Below, one piece after another: positions 62,721 through 64,000 of a stretch of 64,000 nt of DNA. The stretch is from contig JASANG010003752.1 in the NCBI GenBank assembly GCA_030248215.1, forward strand, positions 682,001 through 746,000, given 5' to 3'. Made by a program: the position numbers and the translations under genes. The DNA comes from Enoplolaimus lenunculus (lineage: Eukaryota). Position 1 is the first letter of the stretch. Each line of letters begins with the position of its first letter. The notes under the pieces were generated by a model. It was not told the origin of the DNA. It did no database searches and was given only the letters and a program-made list of their open reading frames with translations.

Positions 62721-64000
62721 CTGGGCGACAAAAATTCCAAAAAATGACATATGAGAAAAACCAGCTAATTTGCGAAAAACTTAGGCGTTGCTGTTGCAAT
62801 ATTGTTAATTATGTTAGCGTACACTTTGCCCCACATTTAGGGTTGCGTTATACTTGCTGTGCGGCATCGTCAGTGACCGCCTTTCATCCGTGCGGCTGTG
62901 CACGTTACCGTCCATCACCATATGGTATTGTACTGTAATGACCCGAATAAGAGGGGGTAATAAGAGGGGAATCCCTATTTTGAGTTCCAATCAATAGTCC
63001 CTGAACCCTGATTAGACTCCATAAATATCTATTATCTCTAATTGTAGTCCAAAAATGACTCCAGGACCAAATAAAGTTAAGTTCAAAGCTTTAAAACACA
63101 CTTAAGTTTTAAAAGTGCATTCATAAGTATAGACTGCATTATCACTCAAGCTTTTGATCACGACAAATAACCGTTTAATTCAAGGGATATTTACAGTACC
63201 GGATATATAATAACAGTCCGTAACCGAATAACAACTGGTACCCTCTGAAGAAGCCAAATAAATATCAGTCCCCCTCTTATTCGGGTCACTATAGTTCTTT
63301 AGTATAATTCGCCTACGATACCGCACCGTGACGCAGGGCGACAGATGGCGTCAGCCGACATTGAAGTAAATAAAAAAAGAATAGCGCAATCATTAAGTAT
63401 GTATTGTAGCCATAGCCATAGGTATAGGTTTAGAGTTAAGTCTTAGACAAACGCTTAGCCGTATGCTAATGCTTAGTTGAAGATAAAGCTTTATCGTACG
63501 CCTGAGCGTAAGCCTAACCGTAGATTTGTTAGTATTGCACAAGAGCCTAAATATCCCACGCTAAGTGCCGTCTCGCTGTCCCGAAACAACAAGCAGGATT
63601 GCAAAGTAGGTAAATTAGCGCTCAAAACACTCCGGCTTACATATATATTTATTTATACGCTAAAACCGGAGCATAGCTGGGGGAGGTTAAACAAAAACCG
63701 CTTAAGTTTTAAAATGCGCCGGGCTTCTGGCTCGCTTTGCTCGCGAGTTTGGGGGCCCACTCTGGAATTTGGGGGAGCCCCCACCCCTGCTTGCTCCGGC
63801 ATTGAGAGGGCCAACATTTTATTATGGGAAGCCAAATTTTTATATGGGCAATTGAGCTTCCCCGGCCTTCGTCTAGCTACAGACCCATGCCTTTAGCTTC
63901 TTAGCTTTTAGTTCGTAGCCAGGCACGGCCAAACGGCTCTCATTCTGCTAGAAAAATTTTGGCTTATTCTAAAAGCTTTTAACCTCATTAATGTGATACG

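Overview
AT-rich, intron- and repeat-rich animal genomic DNA, most likely a nematode: it has nematode-type cuticle collagens and TTAGGC repeats. The relaxed 3' splice sites suggest a non-rhabditid lineage (inference). I reconstructed exon-by-exon, phase-consistent gene models by hand: a single-exon dynein light chain roadblock gene (-), two tandem 5-exon cuticle collagens (+), a 5-exon type I membrane Delta/DSL-family protein with 10 chained DSL-like repeats and no EGF repeats (+), an 11-exon peroxisomal (SKL) 4CL/luciferase-like acyl-CoA synthetase (+), and the five 3' exons of a clan-2 cytochrome P450 (-). Introns and intergenic DNA hold many short non-autonomous DNA transposon families. The most notable observations are the poly-DSL membrane protein, a MITE family with 8-bp TSDs that carries TTAGGC telomere repeats, a piggyBac-like MITE carrying a tRNA-like Pol III cassette, a ~600-bp inverted duplication bracketing the acyl-CoA synthetase gene, and patchy homogenisation of the collagen paralogs. 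Coordinates were counted manually, and repeat boundaries may be off by a few bases.
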